From positions 154,630,001 through 154,694,000 of the forward strand of contig CM059431.1 in NCBI GenBank assembly GCA_030390025.1: DNA of 64,000 nucleotides, read 5' to 3'. A model generated the notes under the pieces. That model was not told the origin of the DNA and did not search any database. It saw only the letters and a program-made list of their open reading frames with translations. The stretch comes from Squalus acanthias. Taxonomy: Eukaryota. Below are positions 14,501-29,500 of this stretch, piece after piece. A program made the position numbers and the translations under genes. Each line of letters opens with the position of its first letter. The stretch's first letter is position 1.

Positions 14501-17500
14501 TAATTTCTTTTTTTAAGTACCCCCTGCACTTTCGATACTCCTCGAGGGCTTCCACTGTTTTTAGTCCTTTGTATGTGCCTAAAGCCTCCCTTTTTTCCTA
14601 CTCCATTCTACGCATATCCCTTGACATCCAGGGTTCAATTAGGTTGCTTGTCCCACCCTTGACCATTACGGGAACATGTTGCCGTTGTACACTCTCTATT
14701 TCTTTTCTGAAAGAATCCCACTGCTCTGATGTGGATTTTCCTAAAAGGAGCTGATCACAGTGCACTTTGGCCAGATCCTGCCTTATCATATTAAAATCGG
14801 CCTTCCCTCAATTTAGAACCTTTATTTCCGGTCCATCTTAGTCCTTTTCCATGACTACCTGAAATCTCACCGAATTATGGTCACTGTCACCAAAATGCTC
14901 TCCTACTAACACTTCTCCCACTTGCCCGGCTACATTACCGAGAATTAGGTCCAGTACCGCCCCCTTTTTGGTAGGACTTTCTACATGCTGGCTCAAAAAA
15001 CTCTCCTGGATGCACTTTAAGAATTTCGCACCCTCTAAGCCTTTCACACTCTGACTATCCCAGTTAATATTGGGGAAGTTGAAATCCACTACTATTATTA
15101 CCGTCTTATTTCTATACTTCCTTGAGATTTGCCTAAATATCTGTTCCTATATCTCGCCCTGACTGTTTGGGGGCCTATGGTAAATTCCCAGCAAAGTGCT
15201 TGCCCCCTTTTAGTTTTTAAGTTCTACCCATATGGCCTCATTAGAGGAACCTGCTAAGATATCATCCCTCCTTACAGCAGTAATTGACTCGTTGATTAAT
15301 ATGGCGACACTCCCTCCTCTTTTACACCCTCCTCTGCCTCGCCTGAAGATTCTATGCCACGGAATATTGAGCTGCCAGTCCTGCCCCTCCCGCAACCATG
15401 TCTCTGTGACAGCAATAAAATCGTACTCCCATGTGTTCAACAACGCCATCAATCCATCTACCTTACTCGAAAGACTACTTGCATTAAAATAAATGCCATC
15501 CAGCCTTGCCATACTCCCTTGTGCCGTTACATATTTGCTCTGCATGTCAGGCTGATTTGTTTTTTCCTCTATAGTTGGCAGTGCATCACCCCCTACTATC
15601 CTGCCACTCCATATCCCATCCCCCGGCCAAGTTAGTTTAAACCCGCCCCCCGCGCCCCCAACTGTTTTGGAAATATCCCCGCAAGGATGTTGGTCATGTT
15701 GCGGGTCAGGTGCAACCCGTCCGAATTGTACAGGTGCCACCTTCCCCAGAAGCAGACCCAGTGATCCAGGAAACTAAAGCCCTCCCTCGTGCACAAACAC
15801 TTTAGCCACGCATTCATCTGCTCGATCCTCCTATTCTTATACTCACTAGCAAGTGGCAACGGGAGTAATAAAGAGATTACTACCTTTAAGGTCCTGCTTT
15901 TAATCTGATACCTTGCTCTCTAAATTTTTTTGCAGGACCTAATCCCTCTTTCTAGCCATGTCGTTGGTACCAATGTGAACCAGGACGACTGACTGTTCGC
16001 CCTCCCCCTTCAGAATGCCCTGCAGCCGTTCAGTGACATCCTTGAACCTGGCACCAGCGAGGCAACATACCATCCTGGAGTCACGTCTGCGGCCACAGAA
16101 ACGTCTGTCTGTTCCCCTTACGATAGAGTCCCCTATCACTATTGCTCTCCCACTCTTTTTCCTCGCCTCCTGTGCAGCTGAGCCACTCGTAGTGCCACGG
16201 ACTTGGCTCTTGCTGCATTCCATTGAGAAAAAATCTCCCCCATCAGTATACAAAACGGAAAATCTGTCGGAGAGGGAGATGGACCCAGCGGACTTCTGCA
16301 CTACCTTCCTCGTTCTTTTACTCTGTCTGATGGTCACCCATTCCCTAGCTGCCTGTGCACTCTTTACAAGCGGTGTGACAACCTTGTTAAACGTGCTATC
16401 CACGAAGATCTCAGCTTCGCGGATTCTACACAGTGACTCCAGCCGCAGCTCCAGCTCCGAAACGCGGATTTCGAGAAGCTGCAGCTGGAGACACTTCCTG
16501 CACATGTGCTCGCCCTGGACACCTAAAGTGCCCCTGACTTCACAAAAAGCACAGGAGGAGCACTCCACGCTGTTTAGACAGTGAATATTCTGTGCAAACT
16601 AACCATATAGGCAATACATTACGCTGTACTGGTTTAACTTCAGCAGATAATCTGAAATTAATGTCCTATATCAGTGTATTGAAATACTCTTCTGAGATAG
16701 CTCTTTTAAATTAATTATTCCTGAATTGTCAATGCATGCATTCATAATAAGAGAACAGTACCTCATGGACGAACCGTGCTTTTTTAATAGAAGCCTTCTG
16801 TGCCCAAGTATCGTCAGCTGCTTCATCAATGACCTTCCTTCAAAAGGTCAGAGTTGGGGCTATTCGCTAATGATTGCACAATATTTAGTTCCGTTCGCAA
16901 TTCATCAGAAAATGAAGCAGTCCATGCCCGCACGCAGCATGACCCGGACAACATCCACGTTTGGGCCGATAATGACAGTTAACATTTATGCCACGTAAGT
17001 TTCAGGTGCTGGCTACTTGCAACTCGTGAAAGTCTAACCCATTAACATTGACAATCAATGGCTTTACCATCAGCGTTCTACCACCATGATTGTCCCGGTG
17101 ATCACCACTAAAACCAGCTCTGAGAATTTACTGCCAAACCTCTTGCAGTTAAAGTTATTCCATTAGCCAAGCCACTCGAAATGAGTAATTGAATAAGACA
17201 AAACTTGCAGCGCAAGCAACACACATCATCATTACAGTCCAATGGACAACTAGGTGCTAAGTCAAAAGTGTTATAATCACATAATTCAAATATCATGTGA
17301 ATAATCAACTGACACATACGAACTTAACAGTATGACATTTCCTACGATCACGGCCGAGATACTCTGGTCATTCTCCATCAAAACGGCCGTGCCTTTCGAA
17401 TTGGATTGAGCCATTGCAGGTGGCGCGGACTGAACAATTTCTACTGAACATATCCAATTGCTTTCATCCATTTTACTTCTTGCTAAGTCCGACCCCTAAC

Positions 17501-20500
17501 TCGGCCAAGACTCAGGGAGGTCAACACACCTAGCCTCTCCCGAGGCCACATCCTCTCACCTCAGGAATGCCATAATGTTGCATTTCATTAAATAGCCTTA
17601 ATCTAATCTATGATGTTTAACTTCTCCCTTTCTCCATTAACTCCTCTCTTACGTAACACAAATGTAAAGAGACATAGTACTGTGAATAAAGCAGGGAATT
17701 TCAAGGTACAGTTTGTCTGATTGTATGATATAATGATCTGATCGACGTGGCTTATCGAAGGGCAGGATTGGGAGATGAATTGTGCTCTGTTACCTGAAGA
17801 TCATGTTAATTAAGTTGTATGCAAACAGGAAGCATTCATTAATAACAGATTCATTTGCAGAATTGGATCTTCAGGAATGATATAAGGAACGATTCAAAAT
17901 AGAAATCCATAAGTTTGGGGTAACACCACAAATTGGAACTCTGTCTATAAGGCGTTCGTTGTCTTACAAAAAATAGTGGAAAAGGGATAGCAGAAGAGTT
18001 ATATAGACAAATTGGAGATCATGCAGCAATAACAGTAGCAGTGATTGGTGACTTTGTATATCCAAAGTACAGAAGTAACCGAAGTGGGGAAGGGTGGCCG
18101 TGGTGTCTTAGGTCCGTCCAGGACATTTTTCAGCTCGCTACAATTTTAGAACGACAAGGAAGGATTGAGCATTTCATCTATTTTTTGAAATGGGCAGGGG
18201 CCAGTCGGTGAGGAAAGGGTAGTGAAACATCTACCAATTATTTCGTTAGTATTCATATGAATTATAAAATGTTAAAGGAATAAATCTAATGTCAAGGAGG
18301 CTGACATATTAGCTCAGCTTAATTGAGGCGGATGTGATCAGATAATATCGTGGGTAGGCAATAGGAAGATGGACAAAATACGTTTCCCATACAAGATACA
18401 CAAATCATACGGGAATGAAAGCAGTGCAGGGCAGACAAGATTTACTTGGGCTTGCAGAGACATGAAATAAACAATAGATTTAAAATTGAATGTCGGCGTG
18501 TAGGGCTAGTTATATAAAACAAATGAAGGAAGCCTGCGTAATATAATGAACATAATAGATGTATGAGTGGCCGGTGACAGAGTTCGAGACAATGATCATA
18601 TACACTTCAAGGAGAAAAGTTACACAAAGAAAAGCGCTGTGTAAAGATGAAATGGGAATGGTTCATATAGAGGACGAAGGATTCACTGAAAAGCTATTGG
18701 TACTGTTTCGATGAATTAAGGTGATACTTGGAATGAATGAAAATCTCATTAAAGTCAATGGAAAAGAAAGACAGAAGAGAGTAAAACTGGGCTGCCATTT
18801 CGCTTCTGCGCGTTTTACCCAATTGGCCAACACTGGCCAACACATTGTGACCCCTTCTTGATGGTTGTCAACATTTGCAATCTGACTCTCTAAAAAACTA
18901 ACTGTGAGTTTTCTAAAATATTAAGGACCTTAACTACCAATAATTATTGGTTTTGTTCGTATCCTATACCTGTAACCGTTGCTTTGTGCCTTGATTTTGC
19001 AATTTCCCCTTTTCCATCAATCAGTTGCTGTTTATAATGAGAGAAAATCCAATCGCCCTGGGTGTCTCAAAGCTGATCTTTTCTATCTGTGTAACCTCTT
19101 ACAATCCTAAAACCTGTCGAGATCCAGGCACTGACCCAATAGTTACCTGTTGTGCATCCCCCATTGTCATCGTTCCACCATTGATGAGCTTGCCTTAAGC
19201 GGTTTAAACCCTAAGCTCTGTAATTCACTCCAGAAACCACTATGAATCTCTTCCTCTCACTTCTCTAAGACTCTCTTTAAATCTACTCTGTGACCAAGCT
19301 TTGGTCACCTGTCCTAATATCTTCCTCTGATGCTTGGTGCTACATTTTGTTTGATAACACTAGCTTTGCAACTCTTTTGGACATTTTACTAAGCTAGGTC
19401 TTGCTGATTCTGCATAATTCTCATTGCAGGCACTCCTGCTGTCCGCCTAATGGCTTATTCTCCTTTTTTTTCGCTCAGGGGATCTGGGCGTCGCTGGCAA
19501 GGACAGCATTTATTCCTCATCCCTTAATTGTTTTCTGCATTAACTCCCCTTTCTGAGCGTGTCTTCTCTTTCCCCAGGAAAGCTAGAAATAGAAAAGACG
19601 TTTTTTCTCCGAGTTTGTAAATTTCTTCTCTATATATGATTGCAATATACATTCTTCTTAGGAAATCGGATCCCTAGCTGCATGTCACCGCAGAAGCGAT
19701 GCTTCCCAACTCATTTTCGATACCGTGCTGGAAAAGGGAGCTCGGGGAGAAAGAAAAATGTGGAACATATTGCTTCAACTGCAGAACACCAAACCCAAGC
19801 TGAAAATGACATTTTCAGAGATACAGAACAGATATACAGAGGAAGAAAGTGATCTGGAAGGTTAGTGGCATCGAAATCTATTTTTCCCTTAGATTAACAA
19901 CGTTTTTTTAAGGTGAGAACTATTTTTTATTCGTTTATTGGATGTGGGCGTCGCTGACAAGGCCAGCATTTATTACCCATCCCTAGTTGCCCTTGAGTTG
20001 GTGGTGGTTAGCCGCTTTCCTGTAACGCTGCAGTCTATGTGGTAAAGGTTCTCCCACAATCCTGTTGGGGAGCGAGTGCCATGAGTTTGACAAAGCGACA
20101 ATGAAGGAACGGCGATATACTTCCAAGCCAGGATGGTGTTTCACTAGGAGTGGACCTTGGAAGTGTTGGTGCTCCCAGGCGTCTGCTGCACTTGTCCTTC
20201 TAGATGGTAAGGTCGCCGGTTTGGGGGTACTGCCGAAGAAGCCTTGACGAATTGCCGCAGTGCATCTTGTAGATGGTCCACTCTGCAGCGACGATATGGC
20301 AGTGGGGAAGGGCTTGAATGCTAGCAATTTATACAGTCTTGTATGAGTTTTATACACGATTCCTCGAACGACTTTTGGCACTGCCCGTTATAAATTGCAG
20401 CTTGGACAGAGCTCCAATACTCCTATGCAAATTCACCTTTTGTTCCACGGATCCGTGATGCCCTCATTAACGGACCTACTTTGATTCCTTAAAGCACATT

Positions 20501-23500
20501 GATCATTTGTGAAAGGCTCCTACTCATTCTCAAATCTTTCGCCTACGTTGTCTCTAAAGTCGTCTTCACATCCCATCTTTTGCACTCCAGTCCCTCTTCT
20601 CCTACTTTGATTCCTTAAAGCTTGAAAGACTCTGCAAGGAACATCTGTCGCGATAGCCGTTAGTTCAGAGTATTTCATAGCATTTATGTTAATCTGTTCT
20701 CACTTACACCTTCACAGAAAATGCAGATACTGAAATATTAATACCGATGACGAGCTACACGGATTTCCAGCTGCGCAGAGTTATCGTTTGCTACCGTCAG
20801 AAACTAGAACAGTCAATTGAAGAGGTAGTGGAGGCCGTTAGTCAGTCGCTTGCAGATGCAAACGTGCTTACTGAAACAAATCATAAGGTATGTTTCATCT
20901 ATGTTTGAATCGTATCGTGTTAAATGTGTCAAACGATTGACTGTTTAGACAGAGTGTATTCTGTGCAACGCAACGATATAAGCAGTTCATAAAGCTGTGC
21001 TGGTTTAACTTCCGTAGACAATCTGAAACTTGTCCTATGCCAGTGATTTGAAATACTCTTCTGAGATATCACTGTTAAATTATTTTTTCTTGAATTGCCA
21101 ATGCATGCATTCTTAATAAGAGAACAGTACCTCATGGACTAACCGAGATTTTTAATGGCAGCCTTCTGTGCCCAATTACAGTGAGCTGCTTCATCAATGA
21201 CCTTCCTTCAAAAGGTCAGAGTTGGGGCTATTTGCTAATGATTGCACAATGTTTAGTTCCGTTCGCAATTCCTCAGAAAATGAAGCAGTCCATGCCCGCG
21301 CGCAGCATGACCCAGACAACATCCAAGTTTGGGGCGAGAAGTGACCGGTAACATTTATGCCACGTAAGTTTCAGGTGCTGGCTACTTGCAACTAGAGAAA
21401 GTCTAACCCATTAACATTGACATTCAATGGCTTTACCATCAGCGTTCTACCACCATGAGTGTCCCGGTGATCACCACTAAAACCAGCTCTGAGAATTTAC
21501 TGCCAAACCTCTTGCAGTTAAAGTTTTCCAGTAGCCAAGCCACTCGAAATGAGTAATTGAATAAGACAAAACTTGCAGCGCAAGCAACACACATCATCAT
21601 TACAGTCCAATGGACAATCAGGTGCTAAGTCAAAACTGTTATAATCACATAATTCAAATATCATGTGAATAATCAACTGACACATACGAACTTAACAGTA
21701 TGACATTTCCTACGATCACGGCCGAGATACTCTTCTCATTCTCCATCAAAACTGCCGTGCGTTTCGAATTGGATTGAGCCATTGCCGGTGGCGCGGACTG
21801 AACAATTTCTACTGAACATATCCAATTGCTTTCTTCCATTCTACTTCTTGCTAAGTCCGACCCCTAACTCGGATAAGACTCTGGGAGGTCAACACACCTA
21901 GCCTCTCCCGAGGCCACATCCTCTCACCTCAGGAATGCCATAATGTTGCATTTCATTAAATAGCCTTAGTCTAATCTATGATGTTTAACTTCTCCCTTTC
22001 TCCATTAACTCCTCTCTTACGCAACACAAATGTAAAGAGACATAGTACTGTGAATAAAGCAGGGAATTTCAAGGTACAGTTTGTCTGAATGTATGATATA
22101 ATGATCTGATCGACGTGGCTTATCGAAGGGCAGGATTGGGAGATGAATTTTGCTCTGTTACCTGAAGATTATGTTAATTAAGTTGTATGCAAACAGGAAG
22201 CATTCATTAATAACAGATTCAGTTGCAGAATTGGATCTTCAGGAATGATATAAGCAATGATTCAAAATAGAAATCCATAAGTTTGGGGTAACACCACAAA
22301 ATGGAACTCTGTCTATAAGGCGTTCGTTGTCTTACATAAAATATTGGAAAAGGAATAGCAGAAGAGTTATATAGACAAATTGGAGATCATGCAGCAATAA
22401 CAGTAGCAGTGATTGGTGACTTTGTATATCCAAAGTACAGAAGTAACCGAAGAGGGGAAGGGTGGCCGTGGTGTCTTAGGTCCGTCCAGGACATTTTTCA
22501 GCTGGCTACAATTTTAGAATGACAAGGAAGGATTGAGCATTTCATCTATTTTTTGAAATGGGCTGGGGCCAGTCGGTGAGGAAAGGGTAGTGAAACATCT
22601 ACCAATTATTTCGTTAGTATTCATATGAATTATAAAATGTTAAAGGAATAAATCTAATGTCAAGGATGCTGACATATTAGCTCAGCTATATTGAGGCGAA
22701 TGTGATCAGATAATATCGTGGGTAGGCAATAGGTAGATAGACAAAATACGTTTCCCATACAAGATACACAAATCATACGGGAATGAAAGCAGTGCAGGGC
22801 AGACAAGATTTACTTGGGCTTGCAGAGACATGAAATAAACAATAGATTTAAAATTGAATGTCGGCGTGTAGGGCTAGTTATATAAAACAAATGAAGGAAG
22901 CCTGCGTAATATAATGAACATAATAGATGTATGAGTGGCCGGTGACAGAGTTCGAGACAATGATCATATACACTTCAAGGAGAAAAGTTACACAAAGAAA
23001 AGCGCTGTGTAAAGATGAAATGGGAATGGTTCATATAGAGGACGAAGGATTCACTGAAAAGCTATTGGTACTGTTTCGATGAATTAAGGTGATACTTGGA
23101 ATTAATGAAAATCTCATTAAAGTCAATGGAAAAGAAAGACAGAAGCGAGTAAAACTGGGCTGCCATTTCGGTTCTGCGCGTTTTACCCAATTGGCCAACA
23201 CTGGCCAACACATTGTGACCCCTTCTTGATGGTTGTCAACTTTTGCAATCTGACTCTCTAAAAAACTAACTGTGAGTTTTCTAAAATATTAAGGTCCTTA
23301 ACTACCAATAATTATTGGTTTTGTTCCTATCCTATACCTGTAACCGTTGCTTTGTGCCTTGATTTTGCAATTTCCCCTTTTCCATCAATCAGTTGCTGTT
23401 TATAATGAGAGAAAATCCAATCGCCCTGGGTGTCTCAAAGCTGATCTTTTCTATCTGTGTAACCTCTTACAATCCTAAAACCTGTCGAGATCCAGGCACT

Positions 23501-26500
23501 GACCCAATTCTTACCTCTTGTGCATCCCCCATTTTCATCGTTCCAGCATTGATGGCCTTGCCTTAAGCGGTTTAGACACTAAGCTCTGTAATTCACTCCC
23601 GAAACCACTATGAATCTCTTGCTCTCACTTCTCTAAGACTCTCTTTAAGTCTACTCTGTGACCAAGCTTGGTGCTACATTTTGTTTGATAACACTAGCTT
23701 TGCAACTCTTTTGGACATTTTACTAAGCTAGGTCTTGCTGATTCTGCATAATTCTCATTGCAGGCACTCCTCCTGTCCGCCTAATGGCTTATCTTCCTTT
23801 TTTTTCGCTCAGTGGATCTGGGCGTCGCTGGCAAGGACAGCATTTATTCCTCATCCCTGAATTGTTTTCTGCATTAACTCCACTTTTTGAGCGTGTCTTC
23901 TCTTTCCCCAGGAAAGCTAGAAATAGAAAAGACGTTTTTTCCCGGAGTTTGTAATTTTCTTCTCTATATATGCTTGCAATATTCATTCTTCTTAGGAAAT
24001 CGGATCCCTAGCTGCATGTCACCGCAGAAGCGATGCTTCCCAACTCATTTTCGATACCGTGCTGGAAAAGGGAGCTCGGGGAGAAAGAAAAATGTGGAAC
24101 ATATTGCTTCAACTGCAGAACACCAAACCCAAGCTGAAAATGACATTTTCAGAGATACAGAACAGATGTACAGAGGAAGAAAGTGATCTAGAAGGTTAGT
24201 GGCATCGAAATCTAATTTTCCCTTAGATTAACAACGTTTTTTTAAGGTGAGAACTATTTTTTATTCGTTTATTGGATGTGGGCGTCGCTGGCAAGGCCAG
24301 CATTTATTACGCATCCCTAGTTGCCCTTGAGTTGGTGGTGGTTAGCCGCTTTCCTGTAACGCTGCAGTCTATGTGGTAAAGGTTCTCCCACAATCCTGTT
24401 GGGGAGGGAGTGCCATGAGTTTGACAAAGCGACAATGAAGGAATGGCGATATACTTCCAAGCCAGGATGGTGTTTCACTAGGAGTGGACCTTGGAAGTGT
24501 TGGTGCTCCCAGGCATCTGCTGCACTTGTCCTTCTAGATGGTAAGGTCGCCGGTTTGGGGGTACTGCCGAAGAAGCCTTGACGAATTGCCGCAGTGCATC
24601 TTGTAGATGGTCTACTCTGCAGCGACGATGTGGCAGTGGGGAAGGGATTGAATGCTACCAATTTATACAGTCTTGTATGAGTTTTATACACGATTCCTCG
24701 AACGACTTTTGGCACTGCCCGTTATAAATTGCAGCTTGGACAGAGCTCAAATACTCCTATGCAAATTCACCTTTTGTTCCACGGATCCGTGATGCCCTCA
24801 TTAACGGAACTACTTTGATTACTTAAAGCTCATTGATCATTTGTGAAAGGCTCCTACCCATCCTCAAATCTCTCGCCTACCTTGTCTCTAAAGTCGTCTT
24901 CACATCCCATCTTTTGCACTCCAGTCCCTCTTCTCCCCTTGCTGTACTCTCCAGTGTACCAGTTCATCAGTTCCGAACTCCAGACATAGAATTCATCCAC
25001 ACCGACTGGAATTCAGTTCCTATGAACTTCCATCTCTGTACTTCTTACTTATTTTAAACAGCGAGCACCTGCAGCAAGGCCTTGGACGTTTCTCTTAACT
25101 CCAGCAGAACAGTCAGCGTTAATTCTGAATACCACCGCAGTAACATAGAAACATATAAGATGGGAGCAGGAGTAGGTCATTCGGCCCCTCGAGCCTGCTC
25201 CGCCATTCAATGTGATCATGGCTGATCATCCAACATTAGTACCCTCTACCTGTCTTCACCCCATATCCTTTGATACCTTTAGCTTTAAGAAATATATCTA
25301 ACTCATTCTGGAATATACTTCAAGACTTGGCCTCAACTACCTTCTGTGGTAGAGAATTCCACTGTTTCACCACTATCTGGTGAAGAAAATCTTCCGCAAT
25401 TCTGTCCTAAATGGCTTACCCCTTATCCTTAGATTATGACCCCTGGTTCTGGACTTTCCGACCATCGGGAACATTCTTCCTGCATTTAGTTTGTCCAGAC
25501 CTGTCAGAATTTTATATGTTTCGATGAGATCCCCTATCATTCTCCTATACTCCAGCGATTATATGCCCAATCGACCCAATATCTCCTCATATGTCATTCC
25601 TGCCATCCCAGGTATCAACCTTGTGAATCTTCGCTGAACTCCTTCCTTGGCAAGAACATCCTTCCTCAGATAAGGCGACCAACACTGCACACCAAGGCAC
25701 TGTACAACTGCAGCAGGACATCCCTCTTCATACTCTCAAACCCTTTCGCTATGAAGGCCAGCATACCATTTTCCTTCTTCACCGCCTGCTGCAACTGCAT
25801 GCTTACCTTCAGCGACTGGTGCAGAAGGACACCCAGGTTTCGTTGCACTTCCCCTTCTCCCAATCTATTGCCCTTCAGATAATAGTCTGCCTTTCTGTTT
25901 TTTGACACCAAAGTGGATAACCTCGCATTTATCCACGATATGTTGCATCTGCCACGCTTCTGCCCACTCACCAAATCTGTCCAAATTATCCTGGAGTTTC
26001 TCGGCATCCCCCTCGCAGCACACACGCCCACCCAGCTTTGTGTCATCTGCAAACTTGGCGATATTACATTTAGTTCCCTTATCTAGATCATGAATAGATA
26101 TTGTGAATAGCTGGGGTCCAAGTCCGATCACTGCGGTACCTCACTAGTCACTGCCTGCCACTCGGAAAAAGACCCATTAATTCCTATTCTATGCTTTCTG
26201 TCCGCCAACCAGTTCTCCATCCATGTCAATACCTTGCCTCCAATCCCATGTGCCTTAACTTTACACGCTAATCTCTTATGCGAGACCTTATCGAAAGCCT
26301 TTTGAAAGACAAATACACCACATCTACTGTTTCTCCCTTATCTATTTTCCCAGTTACATCCTCAAAAAATTCCTGTAGATTATTCAAGCACGATTTACCT
26401 TTTGTAAATCCATGTTGACTTTGTCCGATCCTGTCACTGTTTTTCAAGTGCTCAGCTATTACATCCTTTATAATGGACTCTAGCATTTTCCCCACTACCG

Positions 26501-29500
26501 ATGTCAGGCTTACCGGTCTGTAATTCCCCGCTTTCTCTCTGCCACCCTTTTTGAATAGTGGGGTAACATTAGCTACCCTCCAATCCATGGGTACAGTTCC
26601 AGATTCCATCAAATGTTGGAAGATGATGAGCATGCATCTACTATTTCTAGGGCCACATCCTTAAATACCCTAGGATGTAGATTATCAGGACCTGGGGATT
26701 TATCGGCCTTCAATCCCGTCAATTTCCCGAACACCATTTCCCTGCAAATATTGTTTTTTTTCAATTCCTCCCTTTCATCCGACCCTATGTTCTCCAAGAT
26801 CTCTGGGAGGTTATTTGTGTCCTCCTTTGTGAAGACAGAACCAAAATATGCATTTAATTGGTCTGCCATTTATTTGTTCCAAATTATAAACTCCCCTGCT
26901 TCTGACTGCAAGGTACATACTCTCGTTTCACTAATCTTTTTTTCTTCACATATCTATAAAAGCTCTTACAGTCAGTTTTTATGTTCCCTGCAAGCTTATT
27001 TTCATATTCTATTTTCCCCTTCTTAATTAATCCCTTTGTCCTCCTTTGTTGCATCCTATACTGCTCCCAATCCTCAGGGTTACCGCTTTTTTCTGGGCAA
27101 TTTATATACCCTCTCCTTGGATCTTATGCTACCCCTAATTTCCATTGTTAGCCACGGTTGAGTCACCCTTTTTGTTTTTTTTCTTATGAACCAATTCTGT
27201 AGTTCATCCATGCAGTCTTTTAATGTTTGCCATTGCCTATCCACCGTTAACCCTTTGAGTGACATTCCCCAATCAATCCTACCCAATTCGCAACTCATAC
27301 CATCTTAGTTTCCTTTATTTAAATTCAGGACCCAAGCCTCTGATTCAACTACTTCACTCTCCATCCTAATGAAGAATTCTATCATATTATGATCACTCTG
27401 ACACAAGGGGCCTCGTACAAGAAGATTGCTAATTAATCCCTTCTCGTTACATAATACCCAGTCTAAGATGGCCCGATCTCTGGTTGGCTCCTCGACATAT
27501 TGTTCCAGAAAACCATCCCGTAAACATTCTAGGAATTCCTGCTCCACAGTATTCTTACTAATTTGGTTAGACCAATCTACATGTAAATTAAAGTCACCCA
27601 TGATGACTGCTGTGCCCTTACTGCATGCTTCTCTAATTTCCCTTTTAATGCCGTTATCAACCTGCGTATTACTGTTTGGAGTTCTATATACCACTCCCAC
27701 TAACGTTTTCTGCCCCTTGTTATTTCTCAGTTCTACCCATACAGATTCTTCATCATCAGAGCTAATATCGATCCTTTCAATTGTGTTAATTCCCTCTTTA
27801 ACGAGCAATGTTACCCCACCTCCCTTTCTTTTTAGCCTATCTTTCCTAAATATTGAATACCCCTGGATGTTGAGTTCCCAGCCTTGGCCACCCTGGAGCC
27901 ATGTTTCTGTAATCCCAATCAAATCGTATTAATTTACCTCTATTTGCGCAGCTAATTCATCCACCTTGTTCCGAATGCTCCTTGCATTCAGACACAAAGC
28001 CAACAGGCTTGTTTATTTTAACGCTCTCAGACCTATATGAATTATTATTTACTGTGTACATGTTTGATTTAAACCGCTGAGTTCTTTGCCTTCTACTTTT
28101 GTTTTTCTCCTTCCTGTCTATTTCTTTTATCCCTGTTTCCCTTTCCTCTGTCTCCCTGCTCAGGTTCCCAAACCCCTGCCACTTTAGTTTAAACCCTCCC
28201 CAATCGCACTAGCAAACACTCCCCCGAGGACATCGGTCCCGGCCCTGCCCAGGTGTAGACCATCCCGTTCGTACTGGTCCCACCTCCCCCAGAACTGGTT
28301 CCAATGTGCAAGGAATTTGAATCCCTCCCCGTTGCACCATTCCTCTAGCCACTTATTCATTTGAATTATCCTCCTATTTCTACTCTGACTGGCAGATGGC
28401 ACTGGTAGCAATCCTGAGATTATTATCTTTGAGGTGCTATTTTTTGATTTAGCTCCTAACTCCCTATATTCTGCTTTTAGGACCTCATCCCGTTTTTTAC
28501 CTATATCGTTGATGCCTATGTGTACCACGACAATTGGCTGTTCGCCCTCCCCCTCCAAAATGTCCTGTAGCCGCTCCGAGACGTCCTTGTCCCTTGCACC
28601 AGGGAGGCAACACACCATCCTGGAGTCTCGTTTGGGGCCCGCAGAAACGCCTATCTATTCCCCTTACAATTGAGTCCCCTATCGCTATAGATCTTCCACA
28701 CTTTTTCCTCCCAGGCTGTGCAACAGAGCCACCCATGGTGCCAGGAAGTTGGCTGCTGCTGCCTTCCCCTGATAAGTCATTCAACCAACAGTATCCAAAG
28801 CGAATTATCTGTTTGAGAGGGGGATGGCCACAGGGGACCCTTTCACAACCTGCCTGCACCTCTTACTCTGCCTGGTGGTCACCCATTCACTTCCTGCCTG
28901 TACACCCATTACCTGCGGTTTGACCAACTCGCTAAACGTGCTATCCACGAAGTTCTCAGTGTCGCGAATGCTCCAATATGCAACCATCCGCATCTCCAGC
29001 GCCGCAATGCGATCTATCAGTAGCTGCAGCTGGATACAATTCCCACACACGTGGTCGTCAGGGACACAGGAAGCGTAACTGATTTCCCACATATTGCATG
29101 AGGAGCATATCACGGGGCGGAGCTGTCCTGCCATGACTAACACTTTATTTAATTAATTAAAATTAAATTAAATAAATCCCACCAATTACACTTCAATTAA
29201 ATGATATACTCAAGGGCCCTTTTCCGACATTGGCCTCTGTAAAAAGCCCACGAAAGTGAGTTTCAATACTCACTGTGCTGCTGCTCTCTACGCCCCCGAC
29301 ACTGGACTCTAGAAAAAAGCCCGCGAAAGTGAGTTTAAAAATTCACTGTGCTACCGCTCTCTCCGCTCCCGACACTGGCCTCTGGAAAAAAAACAGCGAA
29401 AGCGAGTATAAATACTCACTGTGCTGCTGCTCTCTCTGCTCCTGACACTGGACTCTGTAAAAAAAACCGCGAAAGTGAGCTTAAATACCCACTGTGCTGA

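Noticed and set aside
12738..16584. Long + strand ORFs over the CR1 elements (also 26613-29078 and 47237-51133)
   Set aside because: Antisense shadows of CR1 ORF1/ORF2.
19640..19852. ORF-track entries overlapping exon B in other frames (19640, 23887, 44783, 58660, 63336)
   Set aside because: Wrong frames; only the EIRSL..KGARG frame fits the splice phases of exon A and gives the CARD pattern.
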